Program-made: the position numbers and the translations under genes
The notes under the pieces: model-generated
Databases searched by the model: none
What the model saw: only the letters and a program-made list of their open reading frames with translations
Told to the model about the DNA's origin: nothing
In this document: positions 1 to 8,562 of the stretch, one piece after another
How the letters are laid out: each line of letters starts with the position of its first letter
Numbering within the stretch: position 1 is the first letter of the stretch
Origin: a virus
Lineage: Duplodnaviria > Caudoviricetes
DNA length: 64,000 nucleotides
IMG/VR virus record: IMGVR_UViG_3300021400_000034
Span: 32,001-96,000 of that record
Reading direction: 5' to 3' (one strand)

Positions 1-2
1 GA

Positions 3-548
3 TATCCGTCTTACATCCTCGGACGAGACAACTCGAAGTACTACCAGCAAAATACCTGGAAGTCTATCGTCATCGGCGGTCAATACATCCTAGCATGCGA
101 TGATGGCGTCGACCAGTTCAGATACAACAGCTTGGAACACTACATCGCTAAGACTGCTGACAAGAACTACAAGGGACAGGCTACCAACTACAACGTCGAG
201 TCGGTCGACTCTCTGACCGACGTCAAGGGTAGAAAGATCAAGTACACGAGCAACGGCATCGAGCTCAGCTTCTTGAACGGAGATAGAACGACGGCCAACT
301 ACGACAACTATGTCTTCAAGGGTTGCGGTCGAATCAACCTGTTCAAGCTCTATCAGCTTCTGCACAGGATGTACTGGGACTATGACGGAACGGTCAAGTT
401 CGACTGGCAGGGAACTCATCCAGGAACTACGAACACATGGCTCGACCAGAAGGCTGGATGGCACTCATGGGACATCAACGGCGACACCAACTTGGCAAAC
501 CTCGTTGACGACCACATGGCATGCTTCCCGTACGCTCCTATGAAGTGA
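3..548 (+). CDS. hypothetical protein, 5'-truncated by window edge
   Basis: Frame is open from the window start (YPSYILGRDNSKYY...) into ORF 132..548; phage-typical codon usage; followed by a terminator. Confidence 0.75.
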   Translation, partial: YPSYILGRDNSKYYQQNTWKSIVIGGQYILACDDGVDQFRYNSLEHYIAKTADKNYKGQATNYNVESVDSLTDVKGRKIKYTSNGIELSFLNGDRTTANYDNYVFKGCGRINLFKLYQLLHRMYWDYDGTVKFDWQGTHPGTTNTWLDQKAGWHSWDINGDTNLANLVDDHMACFPYAPMK

Positions 549-553
549 ATCTT

Positions 554-582
554 ATGCCGCTGAGAGCGTCAGCGGCATTTTT
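554..582 (+). terminator. intrinsic terminator
   Basis: atgccgctga-gagcg-tcagcggcat 10-bp stem then T-run. Confidence 0.8.
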
Positions 583-587
583 GCAGC

Positions 588-595
588 TATAAATA
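588..595 (+). promoter_or_regulatory. T4-type late promoter TATAAATA
   Basis: Exact TATAAATA immediately upstream of ATG 602. Confidence 0.75.
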
Positions 596-601
596 TCAGG
601 T

Positions 602-1522
602 ATGCCAAACCTGAACTTAGACGGACAGAACATAAAGATTGACCAAGACACCGCTCAGCGAGTGAAGAACACAGCAGAGCGTCCGGAGATCAAGAAGATC
701 CTGGACGAGTTCTGGACTGACGAGAAGCTTGGACGACACTCAGAACTGAAATCCGATCACGGAAGCATACTCGTCCAAGATCTCATCGTTGACCCAGAGA
801 CCTTTAGAGAAGATCTGCTGTCCAATAGACTCAGTCTCGGCAACATGTCGTCTAGCCTCGATCACATCGTCAACGGAACGAAGCTCAAAGGAGATCTCAA
901 GCCTTCATACATCTCACACTGCTTGGGAGTGACCACGACGAGACCGGCGATCGGAAAAGGAGAGTTTCTCTTCGCGGCATCTTTCTCTAACCTCGGATTC
1001 TCGAAAGAGACCGGTGACCTGATCGAGCTAGGATCTAACGCCAAGATCGAAGTCAAGGGAATCTCTGCTCAGCTCGGAAACGGACAGAACGAGAGATTCA
1101 AGCCTATGAGGTCGTCAGTGATCCGCTCTATCGCCAGAATGCTGGGCATAGATGACATCGCAGACTTCAACCTCACTACTGAGAACGCACAGAAGTTCAA
1201 GAGAGGCATAGGTCTGAACGAGAACTCTGCGCGCCGCACGTTCCTGTTCCTGCAGAACATCAGAAACGAGAACGAAGCCCTCGCGAGAAACGCCGCTAAG
1301 CTCTATTTCGAGAAGAAGCAGCTGATGAAGACCGTTGCTGCTGTACATTTGTTCACCTATATGAAGCTCGAGAAAGATCAGTATCTGCTGATCGTCAACG
1401 ACAAGAAGTTCGCTATGTTCAAGGCTCCGGACGACCTCTTGGAGGCTTATTCGATCGTCGAGAAGCTCGACATCAAGCCGTGGCGGGAAGGCGAGTATGG
1501 AATGAAAGTGACGCTGAGGTAA
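602..1522 (+). CDS. hypothetical protein, possible PD-(D/E)xK nuclease-like fold
   Basis: IGKGEFLF...GDL...IEVKG resembles the E..D..ExK pattern; late promoter. Confidence 0.45.
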   Translation: MPNLNLDGQNIKIDQDTAQRVKNTAERPEIKKILDEFWTDEKLGRHSELKSDHGSILVQDLIVDPETFREDLLSNRLSLGNMSSSLDHIVNGTKLKGDLKPSYISHCLGVTTTRPAIGKGEFLFAASFSNLGFSKETGDLIELGSNAKIEVKGISAQLGNGQNERFKPMRSSVIRSIARMLGIDDIADFNLTTENAQKFKRGIGLNENSARRTFLFLQNIRNENEALARNAAKLYFEKKQLMKTVAAVHLFTYMKLEKDQYLLIVNDKKFAMFKAPDDLLEAYSIVEKLDIKPWREGEYGMKVTLR

Positions 1523-1524
1523 TC

Positions 1525-2937
1525 ATGGCCGACCAGACCTCATTAGCCAAGATAGTATCAGAGACCAAGAAGCTCGACATGAGCATGAACTCACGCCTCA
1601 GCATGAAGCTGTGGCTTGACGACTATGACAGCGAGAAAGGCTGGCCGATAGAGAAGAAGAACATTCTCGACTTCCAGCTGCGTGAGTCGATGTTTCTCAA
1701 GCTGCCGTGCGGCTACTTCATGTACGCCGACGACGGCATGTCACGAAATCTTGACAGATTCAGCGCAGGACGACTTCTCTACATAGGCTTCGAATACACC
1801 CAGAGCGACGAGAACGTCGAAGAGAAGAACATCTCGGTGGGACGCTACCGGATCCAGGGCGTTGTAATCAAGAATCGTGGAAAGGGATCTTCTGAGTATG
1901 CCGTAAGGTTCATATACGACGGTCTGGGGCTCGTAAACTCGATACCTAAGGTACCAGATAAAGTCGTCGGAAATGCTCCTTCTACGGACATTCTAGCCGA
2001 CACGTGCGCACAGATCGGACTCGAGTTCAAGACGACTGTCGACACTTCCGACAATCAGCAGTGGTTCAACCCAGGCATGACGGCATGCGACTTCGTAACT
2101 TACGTCGTCGCTCACAGCTTCATAAACGAGAAGGACTTCGGAATGTTCTGGGTCAACAAGAACGGTGAAGCGAACTTCGCTGGAGTCAGAAACTCCTTCG
2201 AGAACGGCATTCCATTCTTCTTCAAGACCTATGTAAACGAAAATTTACGTGACAAGAAGAAGCACGTCCAGTACAGTGACGTCGTTCAAGTCGATCTGAA
2301 GAACATGGACGAAGACCAGCTCAAGGAGAAGTACGAGAACCGGTGCTGGATTCTGTTCAACGAAGATCAGAGAAACTCTGACGGATGGATGTCGAACTGG
2401 TTCGGAAACAGCCGAGAGGTCGGCTCATACGATCCGACACTGAGCACACTGATGTTCATGCCTTTCGACACGAACTTCGACGGCGCTTACATGAGCCGCA
2501 CATTGGCTTATCAGCAGATCACTGGCGGAGTGACCCCGAGTGACTCGACGAATCGCAGCCGAATAGGATCTCGTGACTTCGCTGGGTACACGAATCCGGA
2601 TCTTCACCCAGCGTGGGACTACGCTCCCGCCCACAATAAGCTGATGCGGATGGAGTTCTTCAGCAACCGACACACTCTCACTCTGAACACGGGTAAGCAG
2701 CTGAGGTGCTTTGGGGATCAAGAACTGCAGATCGGTGACGTTCTCGACATAGATCTTTCGAATCCGAGAGAAGGCGAGAACAGCATCGACAGCATGGTGG
2801 ACAACGGCAAATACATCATCCACACGATCGACTGGTTCTTCCAGAAGGGCTCAGACCTGTACTTGCAGCTGAGAGTATCGTCAGATTCTCTCCATCCAGC
2901 GAGTGAGGACACCAACAAAGAGGAAAAAGACGAATAG
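1525..2937 (+). CDS. putative baseplate hub / tail-associated protein (gp27-like)
   Basis: C-terminal GDQELQIGDVLDIDL...GKYIIHTIDWFF is typical of hub proteins; start reassigned to ATG 1525 after the upstream stop. Confidence 0.5.
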   Translation: MADQTSLAKIVSETKKLDMSMNSRLSMKLWLDDYDSEKGWPIEKKNILDFQLRESMFLKLPCGYFMYADDGMSRNLDRFSAGRLLYIGFEYTQSDENVEEKNISVGRYRIQGVVIKNRGKGSSEYAVRFIYDGLGLVNSIPKVPDKVVGNAPSTDILADTCAQIGLEFKTTVDTSDNQQWFNPGMTACDFVTYVVAHSFINEKDFGMFWVNKNGEANFAGVRNSFENGIPFFFKTYVNENLRDKKKHVQYSDVVQVDLKNMDEDQLKEKYENRCWILFNEDQRNSDGWMSNWFGNSREVGSYDPTLSTLMFMPFDTNFDGAYMSRTLAYQQITGGVTPSDSTNRSRIGSRDFAGYTNPDLHPAWDYAPAHNKLMRMEFFSNRHTLTLNTGKQLRCFGDQELQIGDVLDIDLSNPREGENSIDSMVDNGKYIIHTIDWFFQKGSDLYLQLRVSSDSLHPASEDTNKEEKDE

Positions 2938-3052
2938 TCCAAAAACATCAAAAATAAGGGGTACCACTCAGAGAGACGCGTCCCTTATTTCGATATTTAT
3001 AGGATAAATAGAATATCAAGATGCGCTTTTTGAGCGAAAAAGGACAACTGAG

Positions 3053-3400
3053 ATGTCTAATGAAGCAACTACGTCAATAGTCAAGAACAACTCCGGATTC
3101 GAGATAATGACAGCGGACGGCACCTATGAGCCGTTCTGGGGACTCATCGAGAAGAAGTCACACGGGTGGCTCTTGAAGCTCGAAGACGGTCGAGAGCTCA
3201 AGTATTCGGACGGTCACCGGTTCATGATCGACGGATGGGAGGTCTTCGTCGAGTCACTCGTGGTCGGAGACGAAGTCGCTGGCTCGAAGATCGTCGACAT
3301 AGAGGAAGTCACTGACACGTTCTATGGTCCGTACTCGGTGAGAGGCCATGAGTACGCGACGGTGGACGAAAAAGGAGATGTCGTCCAGAGTCACCACAAC
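3053..3400 (+). mobile_element. atypically split intein, C-fragment (116 aa, AceL-TerL-like)
   Basis: Block B-like KYSDGHRF, LVVGD, terminal HN followed by Cys+1 (TGC at 3401); no block A Cys1. Confidence 0.85.
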
Positions 3401-4132
3401 TGCGAGTTCATCGGATCTTCGACTACGCTGGTCGAACTTGACAAGCTCGCTAAGCTGTTCCCGACTGAGCCTAAGGAGTTCAAGTACGGGTACATGTGCT
3501 CGATCTGGGAAGAGCCTCAGCCTGGGTGCGTCTACGTGATGGGAGTCGACACTGCGACGGGTTCCGGTCTCGACTTCTCGGCCGTTCAAGTTCTCAAGCT
3601 CGTGTCGAAAGACAAGTTCGAGCAAGTCTGCACGTACCACGACGACCGCACGACGGTCGGCAAGTTCAGTCAGGTCGTGAAGGATCTGAGCGAGTGGTAC
3701 AACGATGCTCTGATAATCATCGAAAACAACGGTCCTGGCGGAAAAGTCGCGGAAGAGCTATGGTACACGCTCGACTGCCAGAACATCATAAACACCGATC
3801 CGCACGGAATAGGAACTAACGCTAACAAAGCCAGCAAGCTCGAAGCTTGTCTGATGCTGCAGCGTGAAGTGAACAGGGACTCGCTAGTCATACGTGACTC
3901 AGCGACTCTGAAAGAGCTCACGACGTTCGCCGAAGTGAGCCCAAACGTGTTCAAGGCGACTCCTGGAAACCACGACGACTTGGTCTCAGCTCTCTACTGG
4001 GCCGTCTACGCGATCTTCCAGCCAGAGATCGATCTTGACAATCTGAAAGTCGACAAGAGCAAGAGGGAGGATCTAGTTGAAGTCCCGCAGACAGTGTTTC
4101 CGGACGATGACGACGGAATATGGACGTTCTGA
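3053..4132 (+). CDS. terL: terminase large subunit C-terminal (nuclease) fragment fused to split-intein C-fragment
   Basis: After ...SHHN comes CEFIGSS...YVMGVDTATGSGLDFS...IIENN...GNHDDLVSAL (gp17-type RNase H-fold nuclease); no ATPase domain; RBS aagga; in-frame TAA at 3005. Confidence 0.9.
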   Translation: MSNEATTSIVKNNSGFEIMTADGTYEPFWGLIEKKSHGWLLKLEDGRELKYSDGHRFMIDGWEVFVESLVVGDEVAGSKIVDIEEVTDTFYGPYSVRGHEYATVDEKGDVVQSHHNCEFIGSSTTLVELDKLAKLFPTEPKEFKYGYMCSIWEEPQPGCVYVMGVDTATGSGLDFSAVQVLKLVSKDKFEQVCTYHDDRTTVGKFSQVVKDLSEWYNDALIIIENNGPGGKVAEELWYTLDCQNIINTDPHGIGTNANKASKLEACLMLQREVNRDSLVIRDSATLKELTTFAEVSPNVFKATPGNHDDLVSALYWAVYAIFQPEIDLDNLKVDKSKREDLVEVPQTVFPDDDDGIWTF

Positions 4133-4658
4133 CGAGCACAAGAAGCTCACTAAGCGTCGTAATAAAAACGTAAAGAAGTCACCGAAGAAAAAGATAATCG
4201 ACCAAGACAAGAAGCGTAAGCTCAGACACTCGCGACAGTGGCGAGAGCTCAAACGCTATCTGATTTCGAAGAGAGGCGAGATTGACGAGATAACTGGAAA
4301 GAAGATCATCAAGGAGGACAAGCTGACTTGCCATCACATGAGGCTCACTGCCGAGAAGTATGGAGACTTCAGCAATCCCGATGACTTCATGCTGCTAGCT
4401 GAGTCGACCCATCAAGTGGTTCACTGGCTGTGGCAACTCACGAAAGGCGAAGACTTTTCTATATTAGATAAGCTCAGAGACACTCTGAAAAGAATGAAGG
4501 AACTGGAAGATGAAGATAGCCGGACTGGATCTATCGATAACTCACACGGGTGCCGTGATAGTCACTCTGGACGAGACGCTGACTGTGAAGGAAGTGACTT
4601 GGCTGACATTCACGACTACGAAGAAGTACTCGAGCGACAACTGTCTATGGTATGCTGA
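4107..4658 (+). CDS. HNH-like endonuclease
   Basis: Basic N-terminus, SRQWRELKR..DEITG..LTCHH...LL...HQVVH; 3' end overlaps the next gene by about 150 nt. Confidence 0.6.
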   Translation: MTTEYGRSDEHKKLTKRRNKNVKKSPKKKIIDQDKKRKLRHSRQWRELKRYLISKRGEIDEITGKKIIKEDKLTCHHMRLTAEKYGDFSNPDDFMLLAESTHQVVHWLWQLTKGEDFSILDKLRDTLKRMKELEDEDSRTGSIDNSHGCRDSHSGRDADCEGSDLADIHDYEEVLERQLSMVC

Positions 4659-5163
4659 AGAGCAGTTCGCGGACAAGTATGACAAGTACAAGTTCATGCA
4701 GGACCGCATACTCGACTTCGTAAGAGACGCTGACATGGTCGCAGTCGAAGACTACGCTTTCGGCGCGACGGGCCAGATAGGCTTGGTGTTCGACCTCGCT
4801 GAGTTCGAAGGCTGGATCCGACAGTCGATCTGGCGCACAGGAAAGCCTCTCTACCTCTACTCTCCGATGACGATCAAGAAGGTATTCACTGGCCACGGAG
4901 ACTCGGACAAGAAGTCGATGTGGAACAGCTATGTAAAGATTTCTGAACCTAAGCCAGACTTGAGCGCTATGCCTCTAGTCACTAACGGAAAGAAAGGCGC
5001 GAAAGGAACGTCAGACGTGGTTGACGCGTACGCTGCTGCGATGACGCTGAGAACTGAGCTTCTCATCGAGCGAGACGGAGCCGCTGCATTCCCCAAGCAC
5101 ATTCAAGAATTCTGGAAGAATAGAACTCGGACGGTCATACAGAGACCAAAGGATCAATTGTAA
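4510..5163 (+). CDS. RuvC-like Holliday junction resolvase
   Basis: IAGLDLSITHTG, VAVEDY, PMTIKKVFTGHGDSDK, DVVDAYA. Confidence 0.85.
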   Translation: MKIAGLDLSITHTGAVIVTLDETLTVKEVTWLTFTTTKKYSSDNCLWYAEEQFADKYDKYKFMQDRILDFVRDADMVAVEDYAFGATGQIGLVFDLAEFEGWIRQSIWRTGKPLYLYSPMTIKKVFTGHGDSDKKSMWNSYVKISEPKPDLSAMPLVTNGKKGAKGTSDVVDAYAAAMTLRTELLIERDGAAAFPKHIQEFWKNRTRTVIQRPKDQL

Positions 5164-5165
5164 AG

Positions 5166-5897
5166 ATGAGTTTACAGATAACTGCTGAGACATTCGACGA
5201 GCTGTCTGACAAGATGGCTATGTATGTGATGGAGAACTTCAAGTGCAACTCGAGTCGCGTGGATGACGTGGAGCTGACGTGCTTCAGCACTAAGACTGAC
5301 AACATACGCGCTCACATCACTGAGCGCACTAAGAAGATGATTCAGGTAAGGCGCATGTACGTGAACGAGAACGAGATCGACCGCTCTCATCGGGAGATGG
5401 TCAAGAACGGCACTGGAACGTTCAACTTCAATCAGGTCAAGCATGACTATGACCACGTGCAAGGAGGCTGTCTGCTCAGCATGATTCTGACTCCAGATGA
5501 AGTCACTGTCAACCTGCGCGCTTCTGTCGTTCCGTGGAACCTGCAGTTCGACCTCGTCCTGATCGACGATCTTCTGAAAGAGATGGGGATACAGCCGAAG
5601 AAGATATTGTTCAAGATCGGTTACGTTCGCACGAAGGTGATTCACGCGCTCTACTGGTACATCAGGAACGGATGGAACCCAGAGCAGATCTGTCAGTACC
5701 GCTTCGGAAGGGCTTGCATCGCAGCATACACTAGAGGCAAGCGTCCAACCTGCAAATACCTCAACTGGATCAGATTCACTGGCTGTGTCGACAAGCTCAG
5801 AGAAGAGTACGGCATAGGAGATCTCGTCGAAGCTCTAGATCACTGGAAAGCTATAAATAATACAGAAAACCTAGAAAAGGCGGAAGAAAATGGCTAA
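5166..5897 (+). CDS. divergent thymidylate-synthase-fold protein (possible nucleotide modification)
   Basis: GGCLLSM...VNLRAS...LQFDL echoes the TS catalytic Cys ... RS ... PF(N/D) spacing. Confidence 0.4.
   Translation: MSLQITAETFDELSDKMAMYVMENFKCNSSRVDDVELTCFSTKTDNIRAHITERTKKMIQVRRMYVNENEIDRSHREMVKNGTGTFNFNQVKHDYDHVQGGCLLSMILTPDEVTVNLRASVVPWNLQFDLVLIDDLLKEMGIQPKKILFKIGYVRTKVIHALYWYIRNGWNPEQICQYRFGRACIAAYTRGKRPTCKYLNWIRFTGCVDKLREEYGIGDLVEALDHWKAINNTENLEKAEENG
5852..5859 (+). promoter_or_regulatory. T4-type late promoter
   Basis: TATAAATA about 30 nt before ATG 5890. Confidence 0.65.
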
Positions 5898-6444
5898 GAG
5901 AATCAATCTTCACGACTTCAGATGCGACGTCTATGACATGGCGTGCCGTCTCGGAGCAAATCAGGAAGCAGCTTATGAGTACGCGATGGGCATCGACACG
6001 GATCTCGCTAAGAGATGCACTGTTGAATCTCTCGCAAAAGAGTGCGCAAGAGAATATCCTTGCGAGAGCGTCAAGATGAGACAGGCGATGCGAGTCGACG
6101 AGTCTGAAGGATCTATGAGGAAGAACAACCTCCTCGATCTCAGAAATAACATCGACGTCGTTCTGGAGGTCAGAGATAAGCTTCTAGGCGACATGGAATG
6201 CCTTCAGTTCCGTGATGTTGACGAAGAGACAAACGGATACTGGGTGAAGGTTCCAGTGATCGACAAGGACGGCGAACACAGGAACGCTGCACTCGGCATC
6301 TACGTCTATGGCGGAAAGGGAATCACGGTCAACTTCAACAGCATGCAGTTCTTCCGCAAGCTTCCTGGCGCTTCCACGTACGAACAGGTGATGGACACGA
6401 TCGACGACGGCATGGAAGAGCTCGGCTACAAGCTCGACGTTTAG
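5890..6444 (+). CDS. hypothetical protein
   Basis: 184 aa ORF with late promoter and downstream terminator. Confidence 0.75.
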   Translation: MAKRINLHDFRCDVYDMACRLGANQEAAYEYAMGIDTDLAKRCTVESLAKECAREYPCESVKMRQAMRVDESEGSMRKNNLLDLRNNIDVVLEVRDKLLGDMECLQFRDVDEETNGYWVKVPVIDKDGEHRNAALGIYVYGGKGITVNFNSMQFFRKLPGASTYEQVMDTIDDGMEELGYKLDV

Positions 6445-6469
6445 TAAATAAAAATATACACTCCTCAAC

Positions 6470-6505
6470 AAGTCTGCTCGTCTCAGGGCAGACTTTCTTG
6501 TTTTT
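6470..6505 (+). terminator. intrinsic terminator
   Basis: aagtctgctc-gtctca-gggcagactt stem then tcttgttttt. Confidence 0.7.
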
Positions 6506-6509
6506 ACCG

Positions 6510-6538
6510 TTTACAGATCACTAGGATTTTCTTATATT
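6510..6538 (+). promoter_or_regulatory. sigma70-like early promoter
   Basis: TTTACA-N17-TATATT. Confidence 0.75.
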
Positions 6539-6561
6539 CTCTATATAGAACCTTCATCCAA

Positions 6562-6984
6562 ATGACCAGGATAGATGCATTGACACAAAAAGAAGCGATG
6601 AAAATCTTAGTGGAACAAGGATTTGAATTCGAGGATCCTGATGCATACAAGTGGCCGTCCATCTTCTTAGCTGATGAGCGAGTCGGAACTATGTATGACG
6701 ACGAAGTCTATCTCGCCCAGCACATGCCGAGCCTCTTCGACGGCAACTATCAGTCGACTTCGAAGAGCTGCATCAAGTACTCAGAGAGTCAGGAAGAAGA
6801 GAAGCTGCAGTACGCTATCGACAAGCTCAAGTACTCGCTCAGAGAGTACGAGAAAGAGAAGAGAAAGCTGCGCGTTAAGCGAGTACAAGAGTACTTCCAG
6901 CAGAGAAACGAAGCTTACAAGCTGATAGCGACGATGGAAGGAATTCAGACACGGATAGATACGTTGATAGAGAAACTCACATGA
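6562..6984 (+). CDS. paralog array member 1 (RVxxVxxYF family)
   Basis: EAMKILVEQGF, MPSLFD, KLRVKRVQEYF. Confidence 0.8.
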   Translation: MTRIDALTQKEAMKILVEQGFEFEDPDAYKWPSIFLADERVGTMYDDEVYLAQHMPSLFDGNYQSTSKSCIKYSESQEEEKLQYAIDKLKYSLREYEKEKRKLRVKRVQEYFQQRNEAYKLIATMEGIQTRIDTLIEKLT

Positions 6985-7364
6985 ATCAAGTTGAAGGCTT
7001 TCACGTCGTTCCGGTCGGACCTGACGGCTATCCAGCGCCCGATCTAGCTTCCCCTCCAGTCAAGGTGCAGATCGGCGACATCTACCTGACTCAGTCGTCT
7101 GAGCGCACAGCATACACGGAGTGGATTCGCGCTGGATCTGAGTGGGTTCATGTCGGAGAGACTACATCAGACCTGTCCGAAGTCGACAGGCTGAAGAAGC
7201 AGCGCGTAAACTCTGTGCGTGACTACTTCCGCCAGAAGGAAGAGCAGTACAAGAAGCGCAAGAGATACGAGGCAGCGACAGAGCTAGTCAGCTTCTTCGA
7301 GGAGCACAATGCTGATCCTGAGCTCCATTCCGTCGTCAAGCATCTGTGGGAGGACATGAAGTGA
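6981..7364 (+). CDS. paralog array member 2, chimeric N-terminus
   Basis: KQRVNSVRDYF; N-terminus resembles a module in the tail fibre 49148..53041. Confidence 0.8.
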   Translation: MNQVEGFHVVPVGPDGYPAPDLASPPVKVQIGDIYLTQSSERTAYTEWIRAGSEWVHVGETTSDLSEVDRLKKQRVNSVRDYFRQKEEQYKKRKRYEAATELVSFFEEHNADPELHSVVKHLWEDMK

Positions 7365-7729
7365 CTAGAGACGAAGCTATAGAGTTCTTAGAGAACAACG
7401 GATTCACTGTAACTGATTTGTCCGTAGATGTAAAAGGAGGAATCATGACTCGTGTAATCACGCACAGATATACTCCAGAGCTCTCGGTCGGATTTCTCTT
7501 AGAAGATACTATCAAGCTGCGAATAGATGTCTTGCCTCCGATGGACACTCAGTGGACTGGAGAGCTGCTATACTCAGACGATGACGATCTCATACGTCGA
7601 CAGGTACTGAAGTTGAAGGCGCACATTCTCACACAAGACACGCGCCTGAGACGCCAGAGGGTAGAGAACATTCGCAAGTACTTCGGCTCACGCGCTCTTC
7701 TCGGAACAGGACAGGAGATGATGCTATGA
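7361..7729 (+). CDS. paralog array member 3
   Basis: GTG start overlapping the previous stop; TRDEAIEFLENNGF, RQRVENIRKYF. Confidence 0.8.
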   Translation: MTRDEAIEFLENNGFTVTDLSVDVKGGIMTRVITHRYTPELSVGFLLEDTIKLRIDVLPPMDTQWTGELLYSDDDDLIRRQVLKLKAHILTQDTRLRRQRVENIRKYFGSRALLGTGQEMML

Positions 7730-8067
7730 CGATGGATGAAGCTCTGCAGATGCTGCTGGATAACGAGTTCACGTACGACAGGACGATCAACCAGATATAC
7801 TACGATGACGAGCGTGTCGGAGAACTTGCAGGAAATGTCCTCTGGCTGTGCGACTTCCAGCCATCTCTGATCAACTTATCGTTCCTGCAGGTACACAAGA
7901 CTATCATAAACTGCGTCGCAGAAGACTCAGAACGCAGGCTACGCGAGCAGATAGCGAACCTGCTGGACACACCGAGACGATATGAAGAGTTCTGCCAGAA
8001 TGAAAAGATAGGGAACATGAAGAAGTACTTCGAAGACCGAGCGATCGTGAAGAGGTGGATGGTATGA
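7726..8067 (+). CDS. paralog array member 4
   Basis: MTMDEALQML, ERVGEL, QPSLI, EKIGNMKKYF. Confidence 0.8.
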   Translation: MTMDEALQMLLDNEFTYDRTINQIYYDDERVGELAGNVLWLCDFQPSLINLSFLQVHKTIINCVAEDSERRLREQIANLLDTPRRYEEFCQNEKIGNMKKYFEDRAIVKRWMV

Positions 8068-8477
8068 CCGAAGCTGAAGCGTTAGAGATTCTCAAGAAGC
8101 ACAACATACACAGAGGGAACTATGACACTGAGCGCCTGTTTCTACTAGAGGGTGACGAGATTCTCGGCGAACATATAGGAGAGATCGCTAACGGCTACAT
8201 CTACATCGCTGACTACATACCCAGTGTCATTGGAAAGACATACCCGTCCGTCTCTGACACATCTGTTCTGCTGTCTAACCCAGACGCTCCAGCAGTTCTC
8301 AACAGGATGCTCGATCGGCTAAAAGATTCAGCAGAGCGGTATGAGGAAGAGATCAGACGCAAGAGAGTCTCTGACATCCACCAGTACTTCCTCAAGCGCA
8401 ACATGAAGATCAAGATCCTTCCTCCAGACGTAGAGATCCCAGATCCGCCAGACGAGGGCACTCTCTACTTCAGATAG
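8064..8477 (+). CDS. paralog array member 5
   Basis: MTEAEALEILKKHN, DYIPSVI, RKRVSDIHQYF. Confidence 0.8.
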   Translation: MTEAEALEILKKHNIHRGNYDTERLFLLEGDEILGEHIGEIANGYIYIADYIPSVIGKTYPSVSDTSVLLSNPDAPAVLNRMLDRLKDSAERYEEEIRRKRVSDIHQYFLKRNMKIKILPPDVEIPDPPDEGTLYFR

Positions 8478-8501
8478 GTAGAGTTTTTGTTCACAAAAGG
8501 G

Positions 8502-8530
8502 TTTAGATTTCTCACAGATTTACCTATATT
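8502..8530 (+). promoter_or_regulatory. sigma70-like early promoter
   Basis: TTTAGA-N17-TATATT. Confidence 0.75.
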
Positions 8531-8562
8531 AGCTGTGTAAACCTCAACACATAGGACCAACC

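Noticed and set aside
3001-3052. Missing intein N-terminus hidden upstream by a frameshift
   Set aside because: In-frame TAA at 3005; the short alternative-frame ORF MRFLSEKGQLRC shows no block A or terminase similarity, and the upstream gene is unrelated
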